Assembly (NCBI GenBank): GCA_021613535.1
Contig: CP075493.1
Span: 16,554,001 to 16,618,000, forward strand
Source: Adineta vaga
Taxonomy: Eukaryota > Animalia > Rotifera
Length of the DNA stretch: 64,000 nt
Direction of reading: 5' to 3'
Shown: positions 1 through 13,809 of the stretch, piece after piece
How positions within the stretch are numbered: position 1 is the first letter of the stretch
Layout: the number at the start of each line of letters is the position of its first letter
Position numbers and translations under genes: made by a program
Notes under the pieces: model-generated
Told to the model about the DNA's origin: nothing
Seen by the model: only the letters and a program-made list of their open reading frames with translations
Database searches by the model: none

Positions 1-45
1 AAATAATTCAACATTCGGACTAAGACTAAGATAATAAATTCATCA

Positions 46-3000
46 TTGTTTATTTTTGTTTTTCAAGGTTCATGTATTATTCTCATCCTCTTCATGTCAA
101 CACATATTGAATGGATTACAATGAAAGAAACGAGTCCATCATTACTCACATATAACAAATTATATGTTGAATATTCTAGCACACTTCAATGCCCATGTTC
201 CAGTATGGTAATACCTTACCAGAGTTTCATTACATTGTCTCCAATGTTTCATCAAGTATGTTCCAGCGATCTTGTTAAACATGAATGGATCTCATTATTG
301 ATACATATTAAAACTGGATACAATGTTCCAGATTGGCGTAATCGAGCTTTTTCAAAATTTCATTTATTATCGGATCTTTGTAAATTGGCTAAAGAAAGAG
401 TTGAAGAAGCTATTAGTCATTTTCTTTCACAACCATTCATTGTTTCAAATATATTATCTGAAACTGATTTTAATTTACAAATAAATGCGACACTTGAAGA
501 TTTTTTTCAATCGACTAATGATTCATTTACTCTTCTTGTCGAAACAGAACGACTTCTTATGCAAGTTGATCAACCATACTCTGGACCTGTTGGTGGTTAT
601 GGTGCACGCCTTGAAGAGGAAAATCCGATAGGAATAATCATGAAATCTCTACCAGCAGTATTGGTATGTTAAACATCTTTTTTACATATTTTGTAGATCC
701 ATATGCGAGATTCTGAAAAACTCTGATAATGATTTCAAAGAATACACAAGAACTTTAAAAAAAATTCATAAGATTCATTGTATTTTCATAGTATTGATTG
801 ATGTTTAACGTTTCTTTTTAGTTAATATTCATGTTGACCGGACCGCGTAATGTCAATCCAGAACCGAACAATTGTACTTGTGGTATTGATATTCAATGTC
901 GAATTCCACTTCATATTTATGATGTTGATAATGGTTGGTCAGCTAATCCGAATTATATGAAACGGTATACAGTACCAGGCTCATTTGCAGGATGTACAGC
1001 TACTGAATCACTTTTACTTTCAACACTTGAATGTTACTATTCAAATACAAATTGTTTATCAATACTAATGAATTACAGCGAACAAACATATCGTTATAAT
1101 GTTGAATATCCAACATGGTTTGATGTTCATCCTCTTATTTTTAAATCAGAATCGAGTCGTTTCCCTCCAAATACTTCAATTTCAACAATTCTGAAAAATA
1201 TCTTTATGGAACAATGGAATTCAGCTTTTGTTTATGACCTATTTTACAAATCATGTGCACCAAATTATTGTACTTATTTAACAAGAACTCGTCAAAAACC
1301 TATCGAAGTCTTAATCAAATTTATTTCAATGATTGGTGGACTGATTATCTCATTGCGACTTATTGTGCCACAACTAGTTAAGTGTGTTTTTTTCGTATTT
1401 ACAAAGATCAATAAAGGAAAACAACAACAACAACAGCAACAAAGTAATCCTTGATCATTTTCATGTAGTATGAAAAAGTTAAAATATTCATTTTTATTCT
1501 AAATAGTTCATTCAAACCGGTTCAACCGATTGAACGCAAATGTGCGGAAACTATTTACACTTTTATATGCAAGTCTGATAGAACTGAATATTTTCAGTAT
1601 ACATAATTTTGGTAGTAATATTGATCGAATAAGAGCTAAACGTCTTGGTCAATGGGCAACTCATCTATATCTGATTTTGTTTGTCACTGGTCTTGTTATT
1701 CTGGCTATCTACAATGGTGTTCAATCTAAAAGAGTGATGGAGACCTTTGATGGACCGCTTCTTCATAGATATCGTCAACTATATGAAAAGTATGGAGAGG
1801 AATTAAAATGCACATGTTCATCAGTTGCATCGCCATATGACCGATTTATCAAAATGAAAGCATTATTTCATGAGGTAAAGAGAAACTAGAAAATGGCAAG
1901 TGAAAAACATGCGAGTGTGAGGGTAGAAGAGACAAAGATTCTCATCTATATCCATAAGAAAACATCATGCATATTCTTAAAGAGTACATTATTTTTCTCA
2001 CTGATTTTAGGTGTGTTCGAGTCCATTTACTTCAAATGAAGGACGAAGTAAATTAGCAGGCGATTCTATTCCTACTATTTCGGAATATACAAAAGATTAT
2101 CGTCATTTCCTTTCGGCTCATTTACAATTTCTTCAAGGATTATGTCAACTTTCAAGTCAAACAGTAAACATTACTATACAACAATTTCGCTTCTCATTGT
2201 TTACGACTGCTGAACTTTTATCAGAAACAAATTTTGATGCACGTCTCAATTTAACAATTGAACAAAAACAATCAAATGCTTCAGGAACATTCACTCGTCT
2301 TCTTTTATTAATTCGAAATCTCAATCAAGGAAATGCTTTCATATCAAGTTATGGAACAAATTTTGAATATGATATCAGACCAAAGAACATAGACGGTATT
2401 TATGTGCCTAGTAAACCTCTGATTTATAATAATACCTGTTCATGTGGATTGTATTCCACTTGTACAATTCAAGCTACTTTTAAAAGTAAAGATTTGAAAA
2501 ATGATACATCAGTTCAAGGTTTGAAAATGGGATGTATTCCAAGTGAATCATTTCGTGCTTCAAGTCTTGAATGTTTTTATAATGAATCATGTATTAATCT
2601 TATTCTACAGTATATGAATAGACCAAGTCAAATTAATTCTACAAATGTTTTCAAAACTCTCTCAATAAAAAATAGTCGCTTTTCAATTGATACGACTATA
2701 GATAAACTTATTAACAATTTGTTTATTGAAAAGTGGAAAACAACATTTGATTATTCATTGTATTATCAACAATGTTTGCCTTTATCATGTTCTTTTACTT
2801 ATATTGAAAACTTTAATATATTCCATATAGTGAATACTTTACTTAGTGTTCAATGTGGTCTGGCAATTGTTCTTCGATGGATCTGTCCTAATATAGTTAA
2901 AATTATAGTTAAAATCAATCGATATCGAAAGAAACAGAAAAATAATGTTCATCCTGCGTGTTTAGTTGAAACAATATCTAATGAAAAACTGAATGCAAAT

Positions 3001-5216
3001 AATGAATCTTCTGTTTTGAATAGAAAATTAAGATCGAACAAAAACGAAACATCTCAGTATGTTTTCTTTATTTTGATCATTTGTTTTCAAAATATATTAT
3101 CTATTTTTTTTCTTTAGCATAGATCTCGTTTCATCAAGTCGATGTTCTTTCAAAAGCATTATCATATGTATAACAGTGTTATCAATAATATCAGTTCTAA
3201 TTATATATTCTATTCATGTTATTCGACAGAAAAAGAATACGACACTATCAACAATAATAAGTATGATTCTTTTATAGATTTTGTATTAACAAACACATAT
3301 CGAACTCTTTATATCACTGTCAATATGAGTGTATAATTTAATATTTGTCAAAATTCGTTTTTAGCAACTTCAACGACAACTATGACAGCTAGTTTCACTA
3401 CAAGTTCAACTGCAAGTATATCAACGACAACTAAAGTTAAATACAGTAAGTAATGAAAAACTACTCTTATTTTCAGCTATCATCATTTTTATAAACAAAA
3501 GATCCGAATTATGTGTTATTATTTGATCGAGTCCACATTATATATTTTATATAATGATAAGTTAAGTATTTTGAGTGTTTTTGGTGTGAGTAGCATATTC
3601 ATACATTAATCCTACACTCACTCACGTCCTCTAGATTTTTCGGCAACAAAAGTACTATAGATTAAGTAACTCACATATTCGAGATAATCCTACAATTGCG
3701 AATTTAGCTACATGCTATGCAAAATAAAGAAAAAAAATACAATTTTTTCATATTTTAAGGAATGAGATTGAGGAAAGTTCGAAACTTCACTAAATACTGG
3801 GATCTAAATCCGAATATTTCTGCTTTATTTGTTTATTTTATTAGAACCATCTTGCCAATTAAAATTTCAACCAATAACTGTTGGAAATAAAGTACCTTCG
3901 TCTATGAGAAAACAACATATTGTTGCTGACTTGAATGGTGATAGTAAAGTGGATCTCGTCTTTTTCGATGCAGAAAAGGACATTATGTCCTCATACTTTG
4001 GATATGGCAATGGAACATTTGGAAGAGAAATAATCTACGATTATTTTCGACTTGATGTAAAACAAATCGCTGTTGGTTATTTCAACAACGATACATACCT
4101 CGATCTGCTTGCTTTCAGCGAACGTTTTGGTACGTTGATTGTGGAACTCGGAAATGGTTTTGGTTATTTTTATCGTGCATCTCAAAGCACTCCAGGCTCT
4201 GGAGTCAGAGCGATCATATCAGCCGATTTAAATAATGATAAATGTTTAGATATTGTTCACACAACTGTTTCTTTTTCTAATAATATACGGTAAGTACAAA
4301 GATTCGACCCTTCCTCGTAGATCAATAGTATTCAAGATAAACTCATGTACGTATACATATTTTGAGGGTGTGAATGTGAGTGAAGTTGATTTGTAAATAT
4401 GCTCCCTACACCTACACTCTCTAAACTTTCTTTATGATTTTTTCCAAAAAATGCAAGATAAAAATACTGATCTGAGATTTAAAAATATATCAGTTTGTCC
4501 TGAATACTATTGATTTATCAGGAGGGACGGCCGATTTATTGTACTCATCTCTTAGTGTTCTTGATCATCTTAGGAATTTTGTTGTCATATCTCTTGGATT
4601 ATGTAACGGGCAATTCTCAAGATTTATGAAATATAATACTGGTTTTAATAGTTATCCATTAGAAATTGAAGTTGCGGATTTTAATAATGATAGTTACCAA
4701 GATATCGCTGTTTTTAATCAATACAATAAAAATATTGGCATCCTTCTGGGATATGGTAATGGAACATTTCAAGAACAAAAGATATCTTTTAGTGGAGGTC
4801 TTCATTTCCCAGATCATTTTGCTGTTGGTGATTTCAACAATGATACTCTACCAGATGTTGCTATTTCTTTCAAGGACAGAAACTATATTAGCGTAATGTT
4901 TGGTTTTGGTAATGGAAGTTTAGGTAACAGTAGAAAATTTGACATAGGAGATGCACCAAACTATAAATTATTTGTCAATGATTTCAATAACGATCGTTTT
5001 CTCGACATTGGTTTTGGTCGAACATCTCGTGAAATAAGTGTATTAGTAGGAGATGGAAATGGAAATTTTGAATTACAAACCGTATTTTCGACAAAGATTT
5101 CTAATGGAAATGGTTGGATTAGTATTGGCGACTTTAATAGCGATGGTCACGAAGATGTGATCGATGTAGATGAATCCACCGGATCTTACGACATTCTTTT
5201 TAACGTCTGTGAATAA
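46..5216 (+). CDS. Multi-exon membrane protein: two tandem Cys-rich 'CPCS...FHQVCSS...C.C....C' transmembrane modules, a Thr-rich linker and C-terminal FG-GAP/VCBS repeats. May start before the window; possibly disrupted near 4290-4525.
   Basis: ORFs 46-672, 831-1454, 1530-1889, 2011-3117, 3829-4293 and 4539-5216 are joined by GT-AG introns (664-821, 1444-1506, 1875-2010, 3057-3117 and others). Repeated DFNNDxxxD/GxGNGTF motifs are present. Splice phases at 4290 and ~4522 do not match. Confidence 0.75.
3571..3631. repeat. Degenerate telomere-like hairpin (family copy)
   Basis: TTGAGTG..GGTGTGAG ... CTACACTCACTCACGTCCTC, inside an intron. Confidence 0.5.
4361..4425. repeat. Telomere-like hairpin (family copy)
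   Basis: TTTGAGGGTGTGAATGTGAGTG ... CTACACCTACACTCTCTAAA. Confidence 0.65.
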
Positions 5217-5240
5217 TACCTAACTGAAGTTTGATCTATC

Positions 5241-5298
5241 TTCAGGGTGGGTGTGAGTGAGGACGCGAGTTCAAATCTTTACTCATCTTCACACTTAA
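5241..5298. repeat. Telomere-like hairpin (family copy)
   Basis: TTCAGGGTGGGTGTGAGTGAG ... TACTCATCTTCACACTTAA, just after the FG-GAP gene stop. Confidence 0.55.
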
Positions 5299-6165
5299 AT
5301 GCTGAAAATAAATATTGCGTTCCTTGCCATCTATTTATAGACGAGTGATACTTACAAGAAAAATTCTATCGTCTTTCTTTTCACTTGCATAACGCAATGT
5401 ATCTTTGCCAAGTGAAGAAAAATGAATGAAAATAGATTAATTCAATTCTGAAATGAGAGATTTTTTTATGCAAATTTTCTTTATTTATTAATCAAAATAG
5501 AATATATGTTCATACACACACACACACAATTCTTTACTTTTCTTAACTTACATTAATTTTTTCACAATTGAATTTCACTAAACTTATTTGTTCTCATCAC
5601 ACAAAATATTATCGGTCGACAATTGAAAAGATGAATAGATATTATTGAAGTAAAAATATTCACATTGATGAAAAAAAGTGTTCTATACCGAGTAAAAATA
5701 TTCTATGATTTGAAAAAGTAATTCAAATATCCATTTCCGATTTCTTTTCAAATGAAAAATATGATATTTAAAAAACCATATTCAATTAGAGATTAAATAA
5801 AAAGAGCTTTTACATTCTATTATAATTCTAATTTGAGTACAACCTTAAGAAAACCTTTTATTATGTTTTGAAGAAAGGTAATAATTATTAAATATCATCA
5901 AAGATATTCTTTTCTTACTCGAATAGAACATTAGTATTCTTTTGGAGACGAAAAAAGAAGAGGAGAATTAAGATCGTATATACTTTTCCTTCATTATAGC
6001 ATTGAAAAAAATTCTTTTCAAAAAGAAATATAATCTCGTTCTTTTTTTGAATAAAAGCACATTCTTTCTTTTTACATCCTTCGGTAGTGTTAAACTTGAA
6101 TATTCTCGATTCTTATTATTAATATAAAATAGTCTTTTTTCCAGATTACAATCACATGATAAACA

Positions 6166-7077
6166 ATGTTGAATTCCTCGAATGAATCAATTCGAACTTC
6201 TCTTGAAATAAGTTTTCTTATCTTTGATATATTCTCAATAATCTTTACAATATTAGTCTCATCATTTTCAATATTTTATTTCTTAATTATTCTAATAGAT
6301 AAAAAATGTCATACAATATCAATGATGTTAATTGGTAATTCTTGTCTTGGACATTTTTTATTTAGTTTCGATCGATTTTTAATTTCATTATTTCGATTTC
6401 AAAATGATTACAAACAAATTCAAATTGAAGATTATTTTTGTTTCTTTCGTATTTATTTAGCGTATTCAACATGTGCAATATTAAATTATTCCTATTTATT
6501 ACAATCAATTTATCATTATATATCAGTTGTTTATCCAAATAAATTCTTTTATCAAACATTCAAATGTCAATTGATATTAATTTGTTTAACATGGATCTTT
6601 TCTTTTCTTTATCCATTTTTATTTTTATTTAAAAAAGAAATTTTTTATGATAAAAATAATCATATGTGTCAATTACCTCTTGGATTATCATTCTCATTGA
6701 TTTATATGTTAACTTGTAGTTATATTCTTCCTATTCTATTAATTATTTTTATTTATTTTAAATTATTTCATTTTGTTTATCAAATGAATCAAAAAATAAT
6801 ACCCGTTAATGATTATATTCGTGCGCAAAGACAATTAAATATGTTACAAAAGATTGTTATTCTTATCATGATTTTATTCTTGACTGGTTTTCCATATGGA
6901 TTATTTGTTATCATGTCATTTTTTAATCATATTATTAAGTATCATTGTCGATTTGCTTGTGTCTTTTTTGACGTTTTTTCCATCACAATTATTATTGCTT
7001 TATTTCATTTTACAGATCCATTGAAAAAATCAATTCAACGAAGATTTCGACGACAATCAAATGAAACATTAATTTGA
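6166..7077 (+). CDS. Intronless rhodopsin-like (class A) 7TM GPCR
   Basis: 303 aa with seven hydrophobic segments, a Cys at the top of TM3, QSIYHYISVVYP (DRY-equivalent), a TM6 GFPY motif and FTDP after TM7. Confidence 0.85.
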   Translation: MLNSSNESIRTSLEISFLIFDIFSIIFTILVSSFSIFYFLIILIDKKCHTISMMLIGNSCLGHFLFSFDRFLISLFRFQNDYKQIQIEDYFCFFRIYLAYSTCAILNYSYLLQSIYHYISVVYPNKFFYQTFKCQLILICLTWIFSFLYPFLFLFKKEIFYDKNNHMCQLPLGLSFSLIYMLTCSYILPILLIIFIYFKLFHFVYQMNQKIIPVNDYIRAQRQLNMLQKIVILIMILFLTGFPYGLFVIMSFFNHIIKYHCRFACVFFDVFSITIIIALFHFTDPLKKSIQRRFRRQSNETLI

Positions 7078-8094
7078 TTCGTTTAAGTTTTATGTTGCTT
7101 ATTGTTGTAATGAGTTCTCAAATAAAGTCTTGAGAATGAAACCTGGTTGATTCTCAGAAAAAAGAAAAAGAGTAAGATGACATTTTCGAAATAATTAGAT
7201 GGTGAAGAAAGTTAATAAGATAATAAAACAAAGAAACGTGATTATGATGTTTCTCGGTGTTTTTCGAAAGGATCCAAAAGTGACCTGTTTTACTGATATT
7301 GCGTATGCAATAAAAATAACGAAAGAAATTAGAAATGATAACACTAGAAGATGCATGACAATTTCTAGAAAATAGTATCTCAATATCTTATTGTAATCGA
7401 ATAAAAAAGGAATTTATGTTAGGTCAAACGATCAGAGCAGAGATATTACAGATTTTTTTTTGTTTCTTGCCTTACTAAAACATTTTGAACAACTCGTTTT
7501 CATATAAACTCTCGATGACAAGGGAAAAATCATATTACATTTGTAATTTAACTTAGTGTTCGAAATTCTAATCAAATGTATGAAAATACAATTTTTTTCT
7601 AGTTTTCTTATGAGATATATCTTGGAAAATTTGAATGGATTAATTATCGAATATATTCTTTCTATTCATTCTCAGTGTGTGGGTGAGTACCCAGACTTTG
7701 GGATTATTAATAGAACAATGCAGTTTTCTTTACAATGATATTCGATATACTATTTTTACATCACCCTTTCTCTGCAAACACGTCATACAAACTATTGTAT
7801 TTCAAATAGAAGAGTACGTGCAGTATAATAACTCGCCTTATTTTTGCTGTTACTGGCAATTCAGTATAATTTATTTTTCTGGGTCTTAAACAATATTTAC
7901 AAAATGGTATTAGAATGAATCATTTTTTCATAAGAACAACAATTCGACCTCTGTGTTTTTCTTTTTTGAACAAATCAATTATAAACTGACATTATCGAGA
8001 GAAAAACAACTGAAATATTAGATACCGGCTCTTGTTGGACTGATTTTTTTATATCTGAACTACGCCATCACTTTTTATTATTTACATTAATTAA

Positions 8095-8335
8095 GATGGG
8101 CTACTAAAGATGGAAATAACCCATAAATGTACAGAAGACTGTTGTACATATTTTCCATTCACAATTTAAATGTCGACGAGTTAATGTACGTCTATATGAT
8201 CAGACACTAGACGATGTAAAAAGTTTCAAATATCTGGGCATTACATGGCAGAACAAATTATCCCCACAACCCAACATAGATCAATATCTGGCGGAAGTAG
8301 AAAAAACGCTGACAAAGTTAAAATAATTAAAAAAA
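8095..8335 (+). mobile_element. Decayed non-LTR retrotransposon (LINE) RT fragment
   Basis: Hand translation WK*PINVQKTVVHIF...LDDVKSFKYLGITWQNKL contains the LINE RT 'INxxKT' and 'FKYLG' motifs, with stops. Confidence 0.65.
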
Positions 8336-9029
8336 TAGAACAATTTTCAGGCAATTACTGTGAACATGTCTGTTTGCGTATTCGTATTGGTACTGAAGCT
8401 ATACAATCTTTTATTGAAAAATACTAAAGTAATTCGAACATAGAGTTAATGATGACATTTGTTGTATATAGCGGATCGAAACTAATCTTTTTTATCTCTT
8501 TTTTGTTCATACCCTTTAATCTTTGCTTCTATATTCACCTAGAAAATGTGCTGCATGTTGTTCTTTTATCGTTGATTGTATATTCGAAATGTTTTTCTTT
8601 TGAAAGAGCAAAGTGGTTGATAATTCTTATCTTTCGTTCATTTTCTTTAAAATAAATTTCAAATTCGTGAAGATGGCAAATTTGAATTTATTTCATTATA
8701 GATAGCTACTTGTTTAGATAGACATGATGTTTTTCGACAAAGATAACGAATAGAGTTGTTTTCGAACATATAACCATGGTACAGTTAATACTATAGTGTA
8801 AATTCACTTTACTGACCACATATTTACAGTGAGAAAAGCGAAGTCTTTGTTCTTGGTTCATACACTCTAAAAACAACTCGACTTCAAATTCAGCTGATTT
8901 GTGCATTTCGACATACAAATTGCACGACTTATTCTTTTAATTTTCCTCTGACAGAAAGGTTTAAAATGTTGAAGCAAAAAATATAGAGATGACATTTTCA
9001 TTCAGCATGGACACAGTTCTCATCTAGAT

Positions 9030-9656
9030 TCAATTAATCAAAGTCGATAGAGTACCTGTCGGATATTGTAAAAGCATCGTATTGTTTGGTGTAATATTTG
9101 CAGTAAGTTGTCCATAGAAATATTCTGAACCCAATGGATATGCGACATATGTTATTCTTGTTGTTGTTGTTGTTGTTGTATAAGATGGTTCACTCGATAG
9201 AAATGTAGCTACCGCTCGTGCAAAATGTCGACAATCATTTAATCCAACTTCATAATCACCAAACTTTTCTATTTCTTGAAAAACGAAATATTTTAAAGCT
9301 TCTGCTTTTTTATTCGATATTCCTACGTATCTTCCATCAGGTTTCCAATAAGTACGTTCAATTTCGATATAAACTGGTGAATAATCTCCTGGAACAATAT
9401 CAGCAATTAAATGAACTTTGAAAGTATGTCCTGAATCAGTTTGAAAAACGACAAAATTATGACGAATAAGAGTTTCATAAACATAAAATCTACGAATAAT
9501 CATTTCATCATGAAGATATTCTGAACAACGATATTGTTCAATTCTTCGATAATTAAATTGATTATTCGATGCCTTAATACCAATTAAATTCATACTAGCT
9601 GCTAAAAATCCTATACCTTGCATAAATACATCACGTGGTTGGTAGAATAATGTCAT
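9030..9656 (-). CDS. Permuted papain-fold (PPPDE/LRAT-like) cysteine peptidase or acyltransferase
   Basis: ATG at 9656. His motif (IRHNFVVF) precedes a Cys motif (YEVGLNDCRHFA), matching YxxxxNNCxHF. A short last exon near 8937-8947 is possible. Confidence 0.6.
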   Translation of the reverse strand: MTLFYQPRDVFMQGIGFLAASMNLIGIKASNNQFNYRRIEQYRCSEYLHDEMIIRRFYVYETLIRHNFVVFQTDSGHTFKVHLIADIVPGDYSPVYIEIERTYWKPDGRYVGISNKKAEALKYFVFQEIEKFGDYEVGLNDCRHFARAVATFLSSEPSYTTTTTTTRITYVAYPLGSEYFYGQLTANITPNNTMLLQYPTGTLSTLIN

Positions 9657-10199
9657 TAAATCGTCGCGAACAAATATCAAATTTATAGTAAAAGAAAGAT
9701 GATTTATATCTGAAAAAATAAACATACATTCTAATTTTTCAATTTACACTAACCAAATTTCTATTGATTGTGTATATCAAATTAAGTTTTACATTATAAA
9801 AACGTACGATATAACATAAAGCTATTAGTACATCTAATTTTCATCATTACAAAATTCGAAGAAGAAAATGAAAAAAACACATATATTTTCAGTATTCACG
9901 TGTTTGAATCTAATTGATATTACATTATTTTCACGTCTGTTTGCCATCATTCGCTTTTATACTTGTGTTCTGTTTATTTGACTAAAACATGTAATTTTAC
10001 CTTCGGTTATTTCTTGTTAATGATCGAATATTTATCTATAAATAATCTTTTTTCATATATAATATTTAGTTGAGAATAAATCTTGTTGAAATAAATGTGA
10101 AAAACAATGCTGCTTATTCACATACGAATATTAATGAAAAGAAACAAATTAATCAATTGGGAAGAAAATGTTAACTTTGATGGCAGTTTGTAGTATACT

Positions 10200-10800
10200 A
10201 ATGAATATTATTTCCTGTTGTTATAGATGTTACAGCATTTGGTACTCCATAAATAAAAGTAAATATTACATTGAAAACATTATAAACTAATAATTAACAC
10301 AACTTGCCCAAAAATCATATAGGTAAGTTGACGTTCAGCTCCTTGTCATCGATTTTTACTTCTTAAAGTACGTATATTTTGATATGCAAGTGCATCAAAT
10401 ATAGTACAAACAACCAAGTATTTACATAACTGACGTAAATATGCCAAATAGTATTTGAATTCAAACAAGTATCAAGTTTATTTATCCTTAGAAATGATAT
10501 AACTAACCTTATATTAAAAAACACGAGATTTGGTGCCGTTTGATATTACTCAATCGTCGTATATACGAGCAGATCGTGATATGTTATGAGAAAACGATCA
10601 ATTGTTACCAACCATTCGCATGTTATTGAAATACCATAACAAACAATAATAAGATATGATCTTATTGTACACCAGGAAAGTGAAATAACAGTTGGGCCTA
10701 TATTGAAACCAATTGTAAGAAGGCGCGAAAATCCTGCAGTCAATAAATGCAAACAGCGAGCAATAGCTGATATAGATGAAAATAAATTGATGCATTTCTA
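10200..10800 (-). pseudogene. Decayed class A GPCR
   Basis: Fragment SWCTIRSYL...WLVTIDRFLIT resembles TM3 of the GPCR at 13810-14799. The frame is broken by stops and frameshifts. Confidence 0.7.
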
Positions 10801-11599
10801 ATTTTAGTATATTTATTGCGAGAAAAACGCAATGAATTTATGAATAGAAAAATCCCTGAATATTTTCTCCTTTTTAATTCAATTTTCTTATCACGATCGA
10901 GATGATCAATATCATCTATTTGAATTAGATCAGCAAACAATGAATGCTTAATTATTTATCATACGAAAATGAAATATAGTTAGACGAAAGATAATTTCAT
11001 CTTCAGATAGTATATTCATCTTTTGGATAATTCTGTTATTTCAGTCATTTATTATAATACACGTGTTAAAAAATAGTGAAGAAAGAGGAATATATAGATG
11101 ACGGGAAATATAAAGGAATAAAGACACATTCTTTCTTGGGAAAGTTCATATTATTTTCTATAGAGAAACAGTTCCGTCGCTAGAATTCCATAGGAACTAA
11201 TTCTAAAATGTTCAATATCGCGGAATAGAATGACTATTTTGAAGTTATATTTTCATCTCCAATGAAATATTATAACAATAACGAAGTTGAGATCGAAAAT
11301 TCCTGTGAAATCAACATTGCCTATCTAGAATTTAATCTTTATGTACAATAAGAATATCAAGGTAATCTGTAATAAGAAAATCGAGAGAGAATATCTCGTA
11401 AACATATAAAACAAGAAGAAATTTGATCAGTAAATAAAGAACATAATATATATATATATATATAGATTGTTAATAAAAGACCAGCTTTGAATTTTAAAAG
11501 GAATGTTTCTTTTACGTTTATTAATTTCCTTATGATTCATTAATAACATTTAACGAAATTGTTTATGAAACATTTATTCAACGAACAAAACCATCAATG

Positions 11600-12484
11600 A
11601 ATACAGGTAGATGTTATCGTTTTAGTGAAAATTGTAATAATGATCAATGGATTCTAAGATTGTAAAGATGGAAATGATGAAAGGATTTATTCTAAAGAAG
11701 ATTTTAATAAAAAAATATTATATTCAGAATTTTGTCTTGGTTTAGCGGCACAACGAATGTTTGATTATACATATAGAGATTTTCAACATTGTGAATTATG
11801 GCCATGTGATAATCCATATACTCATTATGATAAGATTTGGGATTGTCCAAATGGTATTGATGAATTAAAGTGTTCTTATTCAAATTGTTCATCAAATGAA
11901 CATCAATGTTATGATGATCAATCAAATAATTGATCAAATTTATGATTATTGTTCGAAGGACAACGATAAATTTATTTCAATATTGGAAGTGTTATAAACG
12001 AAAGTGAGTATTATTTATGGAATGTAGATGAATGTCTTTCTGTGGATAATATTTGTCAAAATAAACTAGTATCATCAATAAAAGACGTAGAAAACCATTT
12101 TTAATTACTTTCAGATTGGATAATTATCCTGCGACAAGTTCTTTACTTTCTATTAAACATATTCATATAATTAATGAAAAGAAGAAAATGAATTTAACAA
12201 TGAATATATCTGAAACATGGTTTTGTAATCGAGGTATACTTGTTTTATCTGAATATAATCAAACGAAAACATGTCTTTGTCCACCAAGTTATTATGGATT
12301 ACGACGTCAATGGCAAAGTCAACGAATAAGTCTTACACTTCAATTCATTTCCTCTTGTTCAAAAACGATTAGTGCTGTTTTTCAAGTCATTACTATGTTA
12401 ATCAATGAACACAATGAAATTATTGGAAATCATGAAGAAATTCTTTTTTGTAGGAAATTGTCAATATTCAAGTTCTTATATTAA
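11600..12484 (+). pseudogene. Decayed LDLa/EGF-repeat receptor fragments
   Basis: WDCPNGIDELKC (LDLa, ~11838) and WFCNRG...CLCPPSYYG...QSQRISLTL (EGF) lie in disrupted frames. Confidence 0.65.
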
Positions 12485-12824
12485 TTTAAATTTTCATGAA
12501 GAAATTTTGAAAAATTCATTATTTATAAATGTTCATTCAATTATTGATAAAAAAAATTATTGTCAAGAACCGAATGATTATCAAAGTAATCAAACAATTT
12601 CCATTATGTCGTCAACAACAACAACAACAACAACAGTTATGATATCATCACCGTTAACTTTGTCTTCCAATCTTTCAAATATGATCTATGTACAATTCAA
12701 TCTTTATATATTTTTCTTTTACTTAAATTTCGTAATTTCTATTTAAATCCAACAGTTCCAAAACTAATATTATCTCGAAATGTTAAGTAAAGATATAATA
12801 GTTGTTGATTTTATCTTCGTATTA

Positions 12825-13491
12825 ATGGACAAATTTCGATCATATCTATTCTTCTTTCTATTTTCGATTGCAATTGTTGAGTGCAAGAACACCATTGGTA
12901 TATAAATAGGAAGAAATTGATATGATCTATTTCTTTTTTTATTTAGGTTGGCCGATGGATACATTGAGGGAAGGTCAAATCAATCGGACTGGTACTTGGC
13001 AAGGTGTAATTGAAACTTATCCTTCAAATGAAATAGGTTCTGGATGGAATAAGACACTAGAAATTGGACTCTATCCAATGACTGATCATAAGTGTACAAC
13101 TTTGCGAAGTACCATGACAGAAAATGGCGTTCTTCGAGGCACAAAAAACTATCGTTTATGTCGAGGAAGAAATGCCGATGATTTATATATTGATGAAGGT
13201 AGTTCGACTTTGGCAGTTCAATGGATTAATGATATGTTAGTATCATCATTTAAATTCAGTGGTTTATTTACTATTTCCAGATTACGAATGCGTGGAAATA
13301 TTCTTGAAGAAGAAATTTTGACTACTGATGATACTCCTGCTATTAAAAACAAGGTGGTATCTGTACGAGCACGTAGTATGCATTTAATCAAAATGACAAG
13401 AGTGTCGAATATTGGACAAAATCTTTTGTCCTTTCGATTTATCTATTTTGCTATATTATATTTAATTAGATTTGTTTTGGTTTTACCATAG
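12825..13491 (+). CDS. Secreted, possibly GPI-anchored protein of unknown function (2 exons)
   Basis: ATG at 12825 begins a signal peptide (MDKFRSYLFFFLFSIAIVEC). A 49-nt intron (12898-12946) keeps the frame. The C-terminal tail is hydrophobic. Confidence 0.75.
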
Positions 13492-13809
13492 ATTAACATA
13501 TGAGTGTCATCATAATAAGATTCTATTAGTTTTGAACTTTCCATATTCTTTTCTTCTGACAAATTTCAACCAAGGTTGTTTATTCTACTTCAAATAACAA
13601 AAATGTAGATCTTGACATATTCTTGAGAACATTTACATTATACTCATTATTAATAGAAGTCGTAAAATATGAAAAATAAATGTGTATCTGTCATGTTCAG
13701 ATATTTCTATATGAAATTCATTTTCTATATGTTAAACAAGAAAATATATTTGAGGATTAAATATGAATTATGTTCAATCAATGTTTTCGAGTCATTCTAT
13801 TTGGTTTTT

